Shown piece after piece: positions 26,350-39,757 of a stretch of DNA of 64,000 nucleotides. This stretch comes from Antedon mediterranea (Eukaryota > Animalia > Echinodermata). The notes beneath the pieces were generated by a model. It did no database searches, was not told the DNA's origin, and saw only the letters and a program-made list of their open reading frames with translations. The stretch is from positions 3,432,101 to 3,496,100 of the forward strand of contig NC_092677.1 in the NCBI RefSeq assembly GCF_964355755.1, given 5' to 3'. Within the stretch, counting starts at the first letter, position 1. Each line of letters starts with the position of its first letter. Made by a program: the position numbers and the translations under genes.

Positions 26350-27205
26350 GTGCGTGTTTACGTGGGAAGACGAAGCAGAGTGAGTTATTTGATATACTGG
26401 TAAATGGTCGGAAATGTCCGAGATTAGTATACCAGATAGAACTTTTTCGGAAATTGTATTTGAAAATATGTTGTCAATTAGTGTTACTGACTGATCTTGT
26501 ATTCTAGTTGGTCTAGATAAATTAATTTTCGAATCGATTCAATTATCAAACTAGTTTGACAAAATGTGCCCAAATATGGTAGTGATATGCTCAAATATGG
26601 TAGTGATATGCTCAAATATGGTAGTGATATGACATCACCATGTCCATATATGGGCGCATCACATTTTGTTGTCACATAAAGTTTGATAGTGTGGACAAAG
26701 TTGTAAATACGACTGCGTTCATGATTGTTTTATGGCGCGCGGCCACCTGAATCTGACCGCCAGTTACCCGGATTATAATATCAAGATATTGGCATCACAA
26801 TGGTTGTTTAAACATATCAATCAAACGTTAACTATGTATCATATCATCATGATACATTATGATTAATTGCAAAATGTGTAAATAAACTGGTTGTTATAAA
26901 ACAGTATTTGATCAATAATAACAGTGCATCGATAATAAAAGCTCTATTGACCAATAAGCGTCGTCCTTGTATATTATGACGAGCGTTGCGTTCAGAAGCG
27001 ATTTGTAATCTCTCCATAAAAGAATCTATTAACAGGCGTTGTCGGTAACAATAGTTATAATAACCACTAGACAGCCAAGCTGGGATTACCAGATGTAGTA
27101 ACCGTTTGAGACGGGCTAGCCCTGTTAAAATGACGCATTTGTGGCCATAAACTTGGAGAATTTTCGCTTGATTGTTTTATTGGAAATAGGCCTACATCGA
27201 AGAAA

Positions 27206-30200
27206 ATGCATGCACTACGCAGACGACAAGAGCAACTTAAGGGACACGCGTGTTGTGCGAAACTTTGCGCTCATTTTACTCTACTTTTGATAACAGCGGT
27301 CTGGTTTTTTTACCTCATTTTTGGTGCGGTGATATTTATTGCAATTGAGGAAGAAGGTTCCGAGGAAAATCGCAAGATAATGAAACAAGAATTTTCAATA
27401 CTCATGACGGATTTTTTTAAAGACACTGTGTGTAATAGTTCTGTTGAGAATAACACGATATCGGAAGAAGCCTTATCGGAATTGGAAACGAAATTATACC
27501 GAGCAATGGGTTTATCCCCCAACAAATATATCCATTGGGATTTCCTCGGCGGAGTTCACTACTGCTTATCTGTAATTAGTACTATAGGTATGTGTTTTTT
27601 TTAGGCAGATTTAATTAATTAATTGTCGTTAATTATTAATAAGAGATAATGTCAAAATGATTATCATTGTTACTGCATCTACTGTAGTTAGTTTGATGGG
27701 CATGGAATAAAACAGACATTAGGTAAGATGCTTTACTCTAATTGCCTCGTCCTTCGGATGGGACGTACAGTCACAGTCCCCGTGCACTACATTGCTCATG
27801 TGCTCGTAAAAGAGTAGGACCCTCCTGTATGCCGTTGGTCTGATCATTATCCGTACACTGGACCCTTTGGGATAATAAAAGTTCACCCAGAATAAATATC
27901 AACTTCATCAACTGAACTTAATAGTATCAATGCAATCTAACAACAGGACACTGAGCTCGACTTCTCAAGATAGCAACTTGTAACAGTTCTTTGATATTAT
28001 GTCTGGCTGCGACAAACACCAACAGACTGTACTGTGTACATTCTCCGTGGCGCGTGGTGTCTATTATTTATTAAGGGGATATGGAGCTGATCGTGTCGCA
28101 GCCACAGATAAACCCTTTGGTCTCCGGAGCTCAGCATAATGTTGTTAGAGTGTCTTAATAGTATTGTGTTCTGTGGCTTGACGCAACATAGCAGGTGTAC
28201 TGCAACAAGATCAAAGTATTTAGTCAAAACTCAAATTAAAATGTACCGTACTAATTACAAGTCGCGAAAATAATGTTCATATCCACGTACATGACCTGTA
28301 TAATGATACATAGCTTTATATTCAAATTTTACATACAGAAAATTGAATTCGAACTATTAAGTTTATAATGCATTTTGGGTCGAGGTTATCTAATATTTGC
28401 ATATATTTAAATATAAACACAAATGAGCATATAATAACGTTTTAGAGAAAGGAAACAAGAAGGATGTGACACCACGGAGGCATCCCATGCCTCTTTAAAG
28501 ATGGCGGAACAAGCGCGGCATGAATACAGAATGTCTGTTTCTATATTTTACTATCGCTAATACAAAAAACCGTATTTAGTTATTTTATTGTTGTTTTTTT
28601 TTTACGCTAAGGTTTTGATAACTCACAAGAACCCGGTACCATCAACTCGAAACTAACAATAACAACACCCTACGTCACACATCTATTTATACAACAATTT
28701 ATGAATGCGAATAACTATTATAATAGTTTTGACTGAATATGAATTGTAAAGTAAATTTCTTAAACGAATTAGAATTTTTTAGATTCATTGATGGTAACAA
28801 TAGAAATGTAAACATTAATGTTTTTTAAATAATTACGTTAATAATTAATAATGTTTTTTTCAATTTCAATTTAATTTATTTCCAAAATATAATAACATAT
28901 ACAGCATAATAAATGCAATGAATCATCGATCATTGCCACATTAAGCCTTTGTGAAAGCTAGAATTAGAAAATAATAATAATAATAACAGGGTTTTTATAG
29001 CGCACATACCACTCAAGAGTGCTCAAGGCGCATTAAAAAAAAAAAAAAAACAAACACAAAAATGTGCCTCTCCCCCCGCCCAACTCCCAACCCGCCTCAC
29101 ACTCCTGTTGACCCAACAGTGCCCCCTTAATAACCCCTTAATAAGAGTGTCTCCCTGAATAGGGGTTGTTAATTGTAGTAAAACAATATATCTCCCCTCA
29201 TTCATTTCATGGGGGAAGTGTCCCCTTAACAGCTGGCGTCCCCTCCCCAGCCCCAGGTATGTCCAAAATAAGGGGTTCTACTAAAAATTGGCACACACAT
29301 TTTTATAGATAGCCTTAAGCTTGGTTCCCACTAGCGACGCAACACACGGACGTAACGCAACGCAAGTGAATTGACCAATCACAAGCGATGGCTTATTCGC
29401 TTGTGATTGTCTATAACTTCGCTTGTCATTGGTTAAAACGCTTGCGTTGCGTTTACGTCCTTGCGTTACGTTGTAGTGGGAACCAAAGCTTAATGTTGTT
29501 AGATGCTAACGTACTACTATAAAGACAAACGACACTATTCCATTGATTACTACTATCAGCTTTGTTTATTATCGATCGAGTTTAAACACATTTCTATTTA
29601 AAGAGGGATTAGCAATGGTCATGACGCACAATGGATTAGGTACACGCTAATCCCAGGCGTTCACCAGAAACAATCCTAATTTGGCATGTTTCGACTGTAA
29701 CGACGCGGTGCCAAACTATAGGAACATATCAATATGTTTGGCCATAACCGATCTCGTTATCTAAATGTGTTCAGTATCATAGGCAAAATCTGTAATACAG
29801 CGTCATTATGGTGATACACCACACATGTGATACACACGAAATGCAGTATTAAGGAATTTTCCATGATACCGTATGGTTATCACTCGTTTCTGTGTTGTTT
29901 CTTTCATAATGCTATACGGTACTCTCATAAAAGAAAAACACCCAAAATAGTGTACACTTAAAAAAGTAGCATATGCCAACGGCTATCAGATATCTCCGTA
30001 GACGGTTACTTGACCAGCTGTACCAGTACCTGTATATTTTCGGATGTGCAAAGTTTCCCGGAACTTGTGGGCGGCTCTTTTATGTGGGCGTGTCTGAGGA
30101 GGAGGCCTGTGAACTCCTCCCTACATACATTTCAGTCAAGTCAAGTGTTTGGCAGCCATATCGAATTTTGTTTGTTTAAAAATTATTTTACTTACCTATA

Positions 30201-33200
30201 AAGACAAAAAACAACAACAAATGACTTGTACGATAGACTTTAATTAAGATAAGTGTACCGTTCGATTAGTATACAACAACACGTGTGTTAATGTAATTCT
30301 AATGTAAATAGGCCATACGCTATATTAGAATGTATTGTTGGTTTGCAACAGAGCAAAATTTATGTAAATCCTATGTAATATTTGAACGATTAGTAACTAA
30401 ATACAACAATGTAAAAAAGCAGCGTTATCACTCTCGTTGTAGTAATATAATTTTATATTTTTCGTTGTTTTGTTTATTTTTATTACATACCTTATTTTAT
30501 ATTGGCGCACTGCGCACAAAGGGTTTATAACCGGGGGCGGGTGGATGTGTTTTCCTGTATAGTAGATTTGTGGATTTTGGAACAATAATTTTTCATCGTT
30601 GAAAACAGAAAGATAACGTTGCAATGCCTTTATTTTTGTTAAAATTGATCGTGGTAAAACAGTCTATCGTGATTGGAACGACGCTAATACCAAACAAATT
30701 AATGCCATAGTAACTCAGTAGGCCTACATAATGTAGGTCTAGCCTACCTCTTCAGGGAAGCTTCACATAGCAAACTCACTCGTTCCGTTTCATCCATAGG
30801 CCCATGGCCTACATTTATTATATATACAATTGCATGCTACATCCTTTAACCCATGTTATAATACATTATAATACATTTTAGGCTGTTTTCATAATTGATT
30901 CGCAGTTCTCTATTTCATATAGTAAAGTCATATGTATTTTCCCCTTTAAATAACAATTGTGATCCCACATTAATACATTAATTAACATTAATCCTGGGGT
31001 GCATGGGGCCGGCTCGCAAACTGAATGTCGAGTTATACGATAGATTGGTGTGGTAGTCTAGTCCTACTGCAACAAGATGATGATTTTGACAAAGTGATTT
31101 TGCGTCACGAACGATATTTTGCCGTACTTTGACACAATTTGAAAAGCAAAATTACGTAAAGCTCTGTCTACACTATCAAACTTTATGTGACAAAAAAATG
31201 TGATGTGTTCATATATGGACATGATGATGTCATACCACTACCATATTTAGGCATATCACTGCCATAGTTGGGCACATCATACCTTTTTGTCAAACTAGTT
31301 TGATAGTGTAGACAAAGCTTACGAGTGATGAAGAAGCTACCTCGTTATAATAAAATAATATTGAGAATAACAATAATAATATTACTGTTATTAATTTATA
31401 TCTTGGTCTCATCAGTTCATTGCTGTAACGATTGTTTTTCATAAACGATTTATTCATTCATTTATTTTACACAAAGCAAAATTCAAAAACATGATAACAT
31501 AATGTTTAGCAAATAGTTTATGTGTCGTTGTATCTAAAGCGAATAAGTTCATAGGGCTTTGGCACTTAGATACGAGTGTTAATAATGCTATTGTAATTCA
31601 CAATAAACGTAACGTATAGAACATTATATTAAATGCTTAATCACATGAACGTCTTAATGTATGTAATACATTATGAATTTAAATATGGTAATCTTATTTG
31701 TACAAGGAATATGCTTGTGCCGAAGTCTGTTAAGTAGATAATTCATGTTTATTTGTAATATTTTCTGCACTTAATTGCAATAGTGTTAACAAGTCTAATG
31801 TTAATAATTAGTCAATGTTTAAAATGTCTACTGTAGAACCTCTATTAAGGGGACACCTTCAGGACCCAACTGAGTGACGTAACTTCTAAATATGGGTCCT
31901 AGTACACTACGTTGGGCCCCAACAGAATGACTGAATGAGTGGTGACTTCTAAATACAGTATGGGTCCTAGTACACTACGTTGGGCCCCAACAGAATGACT
32001 GAATGAGTGGTGACTTCTAAATATGGGTCGTCCTAGTACACTACGTTGGGCCCCAACAGAATGACTGAATGAGTGGTGACTTCTAAATATGGGTCGTCCT
32101 AGTACACTACGTTGGGCCCCAACAGAATGACTGAATGAGTGGTGACTTCTAAATATGGGTCCTAGTACACTACGTTGGGCCCCAACAGAATGACTGAATG
32201 AGTGGTGACTTCTAAATATGGGTCCTAGTACACTACGTTGGGCCCCAACAGAATGACTGAATGAGTGGTGACTTCTAAATATGGGTCGTCCTAGTACACT
32301 ACGTTGGGCCCCAACAGAATGACTGAATGAGTGGTGACTTCTAAATATGGGTCCTAGTACACTACGTTGGGCCCCAACAGAATGACTGAATGAGTGGTGA
32401 CTTCTAAATATGGGTCCTAGTACACTACGTTGGGCCCCTACAGAGTGACTGAATGAGTGGTGACTTCTAAATATGGGTCCTAGTACACTACGTTGGGCCC
32501 CTACAGAATGACTGAATGAGTGGTGACTTCTAAATATGGGTCCTAGTACACTACGTTGGGCCCCAACAGAATGACTGAATGAGTGGTGACTTCTAAATAT
32601 GGGTCATAGTACACTACGTTGGGCCCCTACTACAGAGTGACTGAATGAGTGGTGACTTCTAAATATGGGTTCTAGTACACTACGTTGGGACCCAACAGAA
32701 TGACTGAATGAGTGGTGACTTCTAAATATGGGTTCTAGTACACTACGTTGGGACCCAACAGAATGACTGAATGAGTGGGGACTTCTAAATATGGGTCCTA
32801 GTACACTACGTTGGGCCCCTACAGAGTGACTGAATGAGTGGTGACTTCTAAATATGGGTTCTAGTACACTACGTTGGGCCCCTACAGAGTGACTGAATGA
32901 GTGGTGACTTCTAAATATGGGTTCTAGTACACTACGTTGGGCCCCAACAGAGTGACGTCAATTTAGTGGTGACTTCTAAATATGGGTTCTAGTACACTAC
33001 GTTGGGCCCCAACAGAATGACGTCATTTAGTGGTGACTTCTAAATATGGGTTCTAGTACACTACGTTGGGCCCCAACAGAATGACGTCAATTTAGTGGTG
33101 CCCAGTGTTCCCTTAATAGCGGTTCATGTTCCAACCTAACTTAACCTCATATTAAGAAAACACATTGAAACCCAATTGTTACTTGATAGGACGGTCTGGG

Positions 33201-35034
33201 TCGTTTCACGGATGGATAAGTGTCCCCTTAATACAGAGGTATCCATGAAGAGGGTCGTCTCAAAGGAGGGGCTTTTTATATTGTTTACGACTTGAAACCA
33301 TTATAAACCACTATTCCCTTTTGAACGCGAATCGCAATTTCTATAACAAACGCGTTAACGCGATTCGATCGTCAGATACGGTAAATATTTTTTTTTATGC
33401 ATGCGGCCACAGAATACGAATAATGAAATATATAAAATTGATAAACGGTTACCGTTTTATACAATGACTATTATTAATAGTGTCATAGTATTTACATACG
33501 GTATTTATTGTTGTATTATTTGCCTCGAATATGAATATTTTTAGGATTCATTCAAATGGATAAATCGATGACGTACAACAGTTTAATAATATTATGTAAT
33601 ATATTCACATATACTGTAGTACAAACAACCTTTAGCATATGCATGCCAATAGGACTATATCGAGTGAATTTGAAGACAGATTTTCGAGTAGACCTAAAAA
33701 TATTTTAAGCCTTGTTCCTCTACATGTTTTGAGATCCTGTAACAGGAATACTTCATTAAAACCGTAATAAATAACAACATTTATTCAACATTCAACAGTT
33801 TACATAGTTTATGGTCAAGACACACAGAAGCCAAAGTGGCTTGTCTTTGTAGTCCCAATCATAAACATAAAACATAGACAACCGCATTACAATTACACAA
33901 AAAAAGCAGATTTGACCATACACAATCGATGTCACTTGTCATTGGTCAAAACGCTTGCGTTAAGTTTACGTCCTTGTGTTACGTTCTAGTGGGAACCAAG
34001 CTTTATGAAATACTATAACTTCATTCCTTTCGACATGGTATACTTTGTTATTATTAATGTTAAACAAAATATTTACATTCTTCCTTATAGGTTATGGACA
34101 CTACGTGCCAGCAACTCAAATAGGGCGTGGTCTCACCATGCTGTACGCGCTATTCGGCATTCCTTTGAACTTAATATTTCTGGCCCGGGTAGGAACACAT
34201 TTGAGTCGTCTTATCACGTTTACGTATTATCACCTGAGTTGCTTCATAGACCGTAGGCAAGAGGAGGAGCATAGATCGGATGTGACGTCAATCTCGTCAG
34301 CGACAGCCAGCAGCGCCCAGACCTCTTTGTCAGACCACTCCAATGATACGTCACCAAATAAGGATAATTATAGCAGCCAATCACATTCATGCAAAACTTC
34401 TGTTAGCGTAATAGAACTGGATTATAGGGAACATAATGGTAAACAAAACGGTCATGTAAATCATGTTGATCAAGAAAAACAAAAACAGAATTCCGACATT
34501 GTGTCAGAAAATAAAAAACGGAATTCCGAATATGTCTCATATACCGGTAATAAAAAACGGAATTCCGAATGTCTCTCATGTACCGGTAATAAAAAACGGA
34601 ATTCCGACTCTATCTCATATAATAAAAAACGGAATTCCGACTTGGAAAAACCGGATAGAAACTACAGTTCAGTTCCTGAAAATTTTAAAGTACCTGTTTT
34701 ATATGTGATTTTCCTATATTTTATGTACAATACAGCCGGAGCATCTTTAATCTGGTATCGAGAATACGACTGGACTTTCTTAGACTCTTTCTACTACGCC
34801 TTTATTTCGCTGAGTACGATCGGATTCGGCGATTTGCTGCCGGATTCGTTTACGAGCAACGACCAATTAGAACGCATCATTGGTGACATGGTTTTGATAC
34901 TTTATATATCGCTCGGAATGGCACTGCTTTCTGCTTCGTTTACAATACTGATTGATAGAGCGAACGGGTTTGATAAAAAGAACGAAGAAAAACAGGAATC
35001 GGAAGATACCAAAAGTGAAACAGAAATATGCTAG
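27206..35034 (+). CDS. Two-pore-domain (K2P/KCNK, TWK/TRESK-like) potassium channel, ~441 aa
   Basis: Exons 27206-27587 and 34091-35034 join as STIG|YGH; second pore STIGFGD; M1 YLIFGAVIFIAIE, M2 LYALFGIPL, WTFLDSFYYAFISLST; long M2-M3 cytoplasmic loop. Confidence 0.93.
27720..27900 (+). mobile_element. Degraded SINE core fragment
   Basis: TTGCCTCGTCCTTCGGATGGGACGT...CCCGTG resembles, from memory, the conserved CTTCGGATGAGACGT core of ancient deuterostome SINEs; not verified. Confidence 0.35.
27941..28111. repeat. Dispersed repeat shared with ~35337-35492
   Basis: AACAGGACACTGAGCTC...CAAGATAG..AACT..TAACAGT.CTTGAT...TGCGACAAA.ACCA.CA.CAG.ACTGTA.TGTACA.TCTCCG...CACAGATAAACC present in both places. 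Confidence 0.7.
28969..29032 (-). mobile_element. 3' tail of an L2-type SINE/LINE
   Basis: Reverse strand reads GCGCCTTGAGCACTC...GCGCTATAAA...(TTA)n. Confidence 0.45.
31880..33100. repeat. 63-bp minisatellite, ~19 units, inside a family-C MITE
   Basis: Unit GTGACTTCTAAATATGGGTCCTAGTACACTACGTTGGGCCCCAACAGAATGACTGAATGAGTG (66-bp variants); flanked by AGAACCTCTATTAAGGGGACACC (31835) and GTGTTCCCTTAATAGCGGTTC (33105). Confidence 0.97.
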
Positions 35035-35191
35035 CTGGAAAGTAGATATAGAACAGATAAGATATAAACATTGCTATTGTATAGTACTAATAATTACAAT
35101 AATAATGAGTGGTATTTACAAACTGATATAATCAAGCATGCATTATTTGATGACGTCGAGTTTCGATAACTTACTGGGTTGTTGGGGTAGG

Positions 35192-35323
35192 CTATGGCAA
35201 GCCAAATCCGCCAAAAGTCCTCAATCCATACCATTTTTTACATGAATGGTTTGTGTTGATGATGAATGCATTGTTGTTGAATGGTATGGATTGAGGACTT
35301 TCGGCGGACTTGGCTTGCCATAG
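35192..35323. mobile_element. 132-bp fold-back element with 44-bp arms and 4-bp TAGG flanking duplication
   Basis: Arms 35192-35235 and 35280-35323 are reverse complements with 2 mismatches; TAGG at 35188-35191 and 35324-35327. Confidence 0.8.
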
Positions 35324-36642
35324 TAGGCAATCCGACAACAGGACACTGAGCTCACATTGTCAAGATAGGAACTCATAACAGTCCTTGATCTAAATGAGTG
35401 TCTGCGACAAATACCATCAACAGTACTGTATGTACATGTTCTCCGCGGTAAAGGAGAGTCGAACTGCTCGTATCACAGTCACAGATAAACCTTCTGATCG
35501 TCTGACCTCTGTTGATAGATTGTCTTGGTTGGGGCCAGGGTGGGTGGGGGTGTTAGAGGGCCCCGGAGTGACGGAGAGAAAGGAAGAAAGATAGAGATGA
35601 TAAGAGGGAGGAAAGATGGAAAAGAGATAACACGAGATAGTAGAAATATTGTCATGAGGCACAAAGGTTGGACCAACAGTTTTATTACGTGTTTGTATTT
35701 CAAAATTGTGTATTAATAATACAGTACTGTATAAGTGTTTTACGATATTCTATATAATATACGTTTATAAGTGCTTACACATACAGTCTTTTATTTACCT
35801 AATAAATATATATTCATCACAGTGCAACACAACCTATTCCTATACCTACCCGTAATCTGCATATCCATGAATATTTTCTAGAATAAATATTATCATCAAC
35901 CGTTTACAATAATTATATTCAAATATTCAAATGCACATTGTATTATTTTGCAAACATATTTTTAATTTATTCTACGTCTGAAATCTCGACAGGTTCTATC
36001 TGGTTTCAATAAATTATGTTAATAAGATGTAAATATGCCGCAAAATGTATAAAATATATTTAATACTGACATTCTGTTTAAAAAAAAGTTTAAATTATGC
36101 TTTTTATCAATCTTTTTTATTCACTGAAATAAATGATACAGTTTCTAAGATCCTTATTCGTTGCGGTTTTTCTTTCACAATACTGTATATATTATAATGT
36201 AATGCAACATATAGCGCTATTTCATGAAGATCAGAGCGACGATGTGGACTTAGATATTACACCTTTTTATTCTTCTACCCCGAGGGTTCCATCGTGTCAC
36301 CGGCAGCCAATACGGTGCCAGTAACGTCTGTCCACGACAATGGCTCGTGTATGAACTTGTACACTGGGGTAACACCCCTACTCGTTTCGAACGATATACC
36401 GGGCCTAGGTTCTTCAAAGTGCATACGAGCATTGCGTTTACTGGACCTATGGTTTATAGTCCTTCTCCAAGAAGACTCGTTCTACCATCAGAATCGTGGA
36501 TCGAACAGTGACAATAAAGCCCATGACGATTTTGATATGATGACAATGATAATGATAAGAATATGACGACGATAATGATAGTGATAACTGGCGAGTAAGA
36601 ACTTGGCGGTGGTCGCCACTCCACTTCTGGCGGGCACAAGAC

Positions 36643-38060
36643 ATAAGTACCGACCGCCGCCAGATAAAGTCTCAATTGAGATTAATTTTCAGTACAGCCG
36701 GATTATTACAAGATAGTAAAGATTTTATTTTCTCAAATAATTCAATTTGTAATAAATTCGAAAAAAACTGCCCATAACAATTAAATTATTCTAGGAAATT
36801 TGGATTAAAATCTGAGAAAACATCAGCACAAATATTGTATATGTTTTCCTGAGAATACATTATATTTTAGCATAACCGAAAACATATTTAAAAGTACATA
36901 GTACGATGAAAAACTAAAGATATTAATTTAACTCTTATTCGGTACACATTTTAACAAAGGAATTTTATATGGTATATTCTATTAAAATGTGGCCTGAAAT
37001 TATTTATAATAATCGATAATATTACCAGTTTGATAATATGAGTATTAGAGATTATTATTAATTTAGCATTGCGAATGACGCAAGACCGGATTAAACCAGC
37101 CATTACTACTATCAGTAAAGGTCGTTAGCCCCCGGAATAATGAAAGTTTGACACCTTCGGCGTGTCATAAATTCTAGAAAAATCAATATTTGAACAGTTT
37201 AGTTTATTACGATATTGTATATTGTAAACAGAAATGTTTTAAATTCCACAGGTTCTAATACAATACTAGGATAGAGTTGTTGCGTAAAAACAAACAAGTG
37301 TTTTCTTCAACGTTGAGAACACGTTTACGGTTTTAATTATAAACATCGCCTGGCTCGAGACATGTGTCAGAAAACCGTCCTTTTGCTCTCTTTATAATCG
37401 ACATTTCAAACGGGTTCTGCGAGAAGATTAGATTGGCCCTAAGTCTGTAGTTATTTCGATGTTTGGCTGAACATGGAGAACTAACTAATTTCTCCATGGG
37501 CTGAGTTTACAAGCTCAAGTAGTATACGTATGAAACGCCATATGTGCCAAAATAGTTATATTTTTACTAATATATTATTAAGTCAAAACTGCGAGAAGTT
37601 CCGTGAACATACAGATGTCCTCAACACTAAATATTTAAGCAGCCTCCTTGAAGATAAGAATGAGAAGGAGGTGGTCACAACCCGGACAATACATTGGCTG
37701 GCAAGGGGTCCAGTGTTATAAATCAAATCAAATACATGCGGTACGGTGTAAGTGTATATTAGCGAAACAGCGATAAAGCGAATATTACCAAATGCAGCGT
37801 CCATTTTTTCAAGACCGTTTACGTTGCGTACCGTAAATATTAAGATATAAGTACCGGCCGCCGCCGCCAGATAAAGTCTCAATTGAGATTAATTTTCAGT
37901 ACAGCCGGATTATTACAAGATAGTAAAGATTTCATTTTCTCAAATAATTCAATTCGTAATAAAAATGTAGATTCTCAAAAACTGCCCATAACAATTAAAT
38001 TATTCTAGGAAATTTGGATTAAAATCTGAGAAAACATCAGCACAAATATTGTATACGTTT
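36643..38060. repeat. ~200-bp direct repeat pair (36643-36846 and 37847-38060)
   Basis: ATAAGTACCG...CCGCCAGATAAAGTCTCAATTGAGATTAATTTTCAGTACAGCCGG...CACAAATATTGTATA nearly identical in both copies. Confidence 0.9.
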
Positions 38061-38498
38061 ATATTACGAATATTTGTGGCAAATGCAAATAATGTTTTCC
38101 TTTAATCCACGGATATAGGCCAACAATATCCATTAGAATCGAAACTGAATCACACACAGTTGGCCAATAGGGTTTATTACATGTAAAGGCTAAGTAACAC
38201 AGAAGAGCGGTGACTGTAATACTATGTTATTCTAGCTTGGTTCGCACCAGGACGCTACACATGGACGCTACACTAGGACGCTAGTAAACGGTAGTACAGA
38301 TATAGACGCTGTGTTATTCCTTATGATCATTACACAGAATGCGGAGCGGACGTGTGGATTCTACAGATACAGATTCTATGTGGTACCAGCGATGCGGCTT
38401 TCCGCATAAAGCTTGGTTCCCACTAGAACGTAACGCAAGGACGTAAACGCAACGCTAGCGTTTTATAACCAATGACAAGCGAAGTTATAGACAGTTAC

Positions 38499-38819
38499 GA
38501 TTGCGCTTACGTCTCTTGAGAAAGTTGACTTCAAGTCAACTTTCGTAAGATACGTAAGAAACGTGACGCAAAGGCGTTCATTCAAGCGTAAGATCAAAAA
38601 TCACGGTTTCCTGTAAAATCGGAAGAAAACGTCGTAACGCAACAATTGTTAGGTCATCGGTTTCCTGTAAAATCGTTTGTCGTTACCATTTTTCTTACGT
38701 TACGTCGATTTTATAAATTTTCGATCGTAATCGGTTTCCTGTAAAATCCGCATTTCTTACGACAAATCGACGTAGTCGCAACAAACGTGATGTTCTTACG
38801 TCGACAGGAAACCAGGCTT
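38499..38819. mobile_element. Truncated DNA transposon nested in a family-B MITE
   Basis: Ends ACAGGAAACCAGGCT|TTA; three internal CGGTTTCCTGTAAAATC repeats; interrupts family-B sequence, which resumes at 38821. Confidence 0.55.
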
Positions 38820-39757
38820 TAGCAATCACAAGCGAATAAGCCATCGCTTGTGATACAAAGAACGCAGAGCGGACGTGCGGATTCCACTGATAGATACAGA
38901 TTCTACGTGGTACCAGCTTACCGTTATCGCTCGTCTGTGTAGTCTTAATAAAAATTACGAGAAATCAAGAGAAGAATATACTCAAATTTTAATTTATTAA
39001 AAAACTAATCAATAAACATCTCTTTAAAAAAAGAAAACAAATTTTTATATAAAATATTGTTGAATTGTATGAGGTATTTTTTATGAGCGTTAAAACATAG
39101 AAGTACATTAACAAATTGACTCTTTTTCTGTGTGACGTCACTCATAATCGTGCAGCATACTAGAACACCTAATTGTAAAAATATATATGACACGTGCAGT
39201 TGCTTACTTTTGCATTTTAAAACTTTACATGTTAGTTTGTAACAACAGGTGTATATTTGTTGCGACGTAAACAGTGTAAAATAGACTATTTTCGGACCGA
39301 TATTTTAGAAACGAGTTTTTGGAAAATATTGCCATAATTTCCCTGTTTTTGTTATGTCATGTAATCACTTTCAATTAAACGTAATTAAATATAATATAAG
39401 CTAAGAAAGTCTGAGTGGAGCTCCACTTTAAACAAGGGTGACCAATTTGCCATTAAAAGATAAATTTTTTTTTTGCTTTTTAAAAAATGTTTAAAAACCT
39501 GAATTTTATGAAAAGTGAAAGACAACATTATTTATAAATATATCTACATATTATATACAGTGTAACTTTTTTCAGCTGCTAACTTAAATACCGATAGAGG
39601 GCGGACTGTTAAGCCCAATTCACACACACACCGTGTGTACAACGCTCAGAATTAGCGCCAGTTGTTGAGTATCCGCTTTTTTGTTCCGTTTCGTTTAAAA
39701 ACGGATAACCTTTTCTGTATTGGTGTTTTTTGTGTGTGGTGCAAAATCCATTTGTGT

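Noticed and set aside
31880-33100. CRISPR-like appearance of regular repeats (also 12748-13706 and 60471-61607)
   Set aside because: Units are head-to-tail with no unique spacers, no cas genes, and the context is eukaryotic.
36280-36450. YKFIHEPLSWTDV on the minus strand, vaguely C-type-lectin-like
   Set aside because: Lacks the conserved cysteines and WIGL motif and is bounded by stops.
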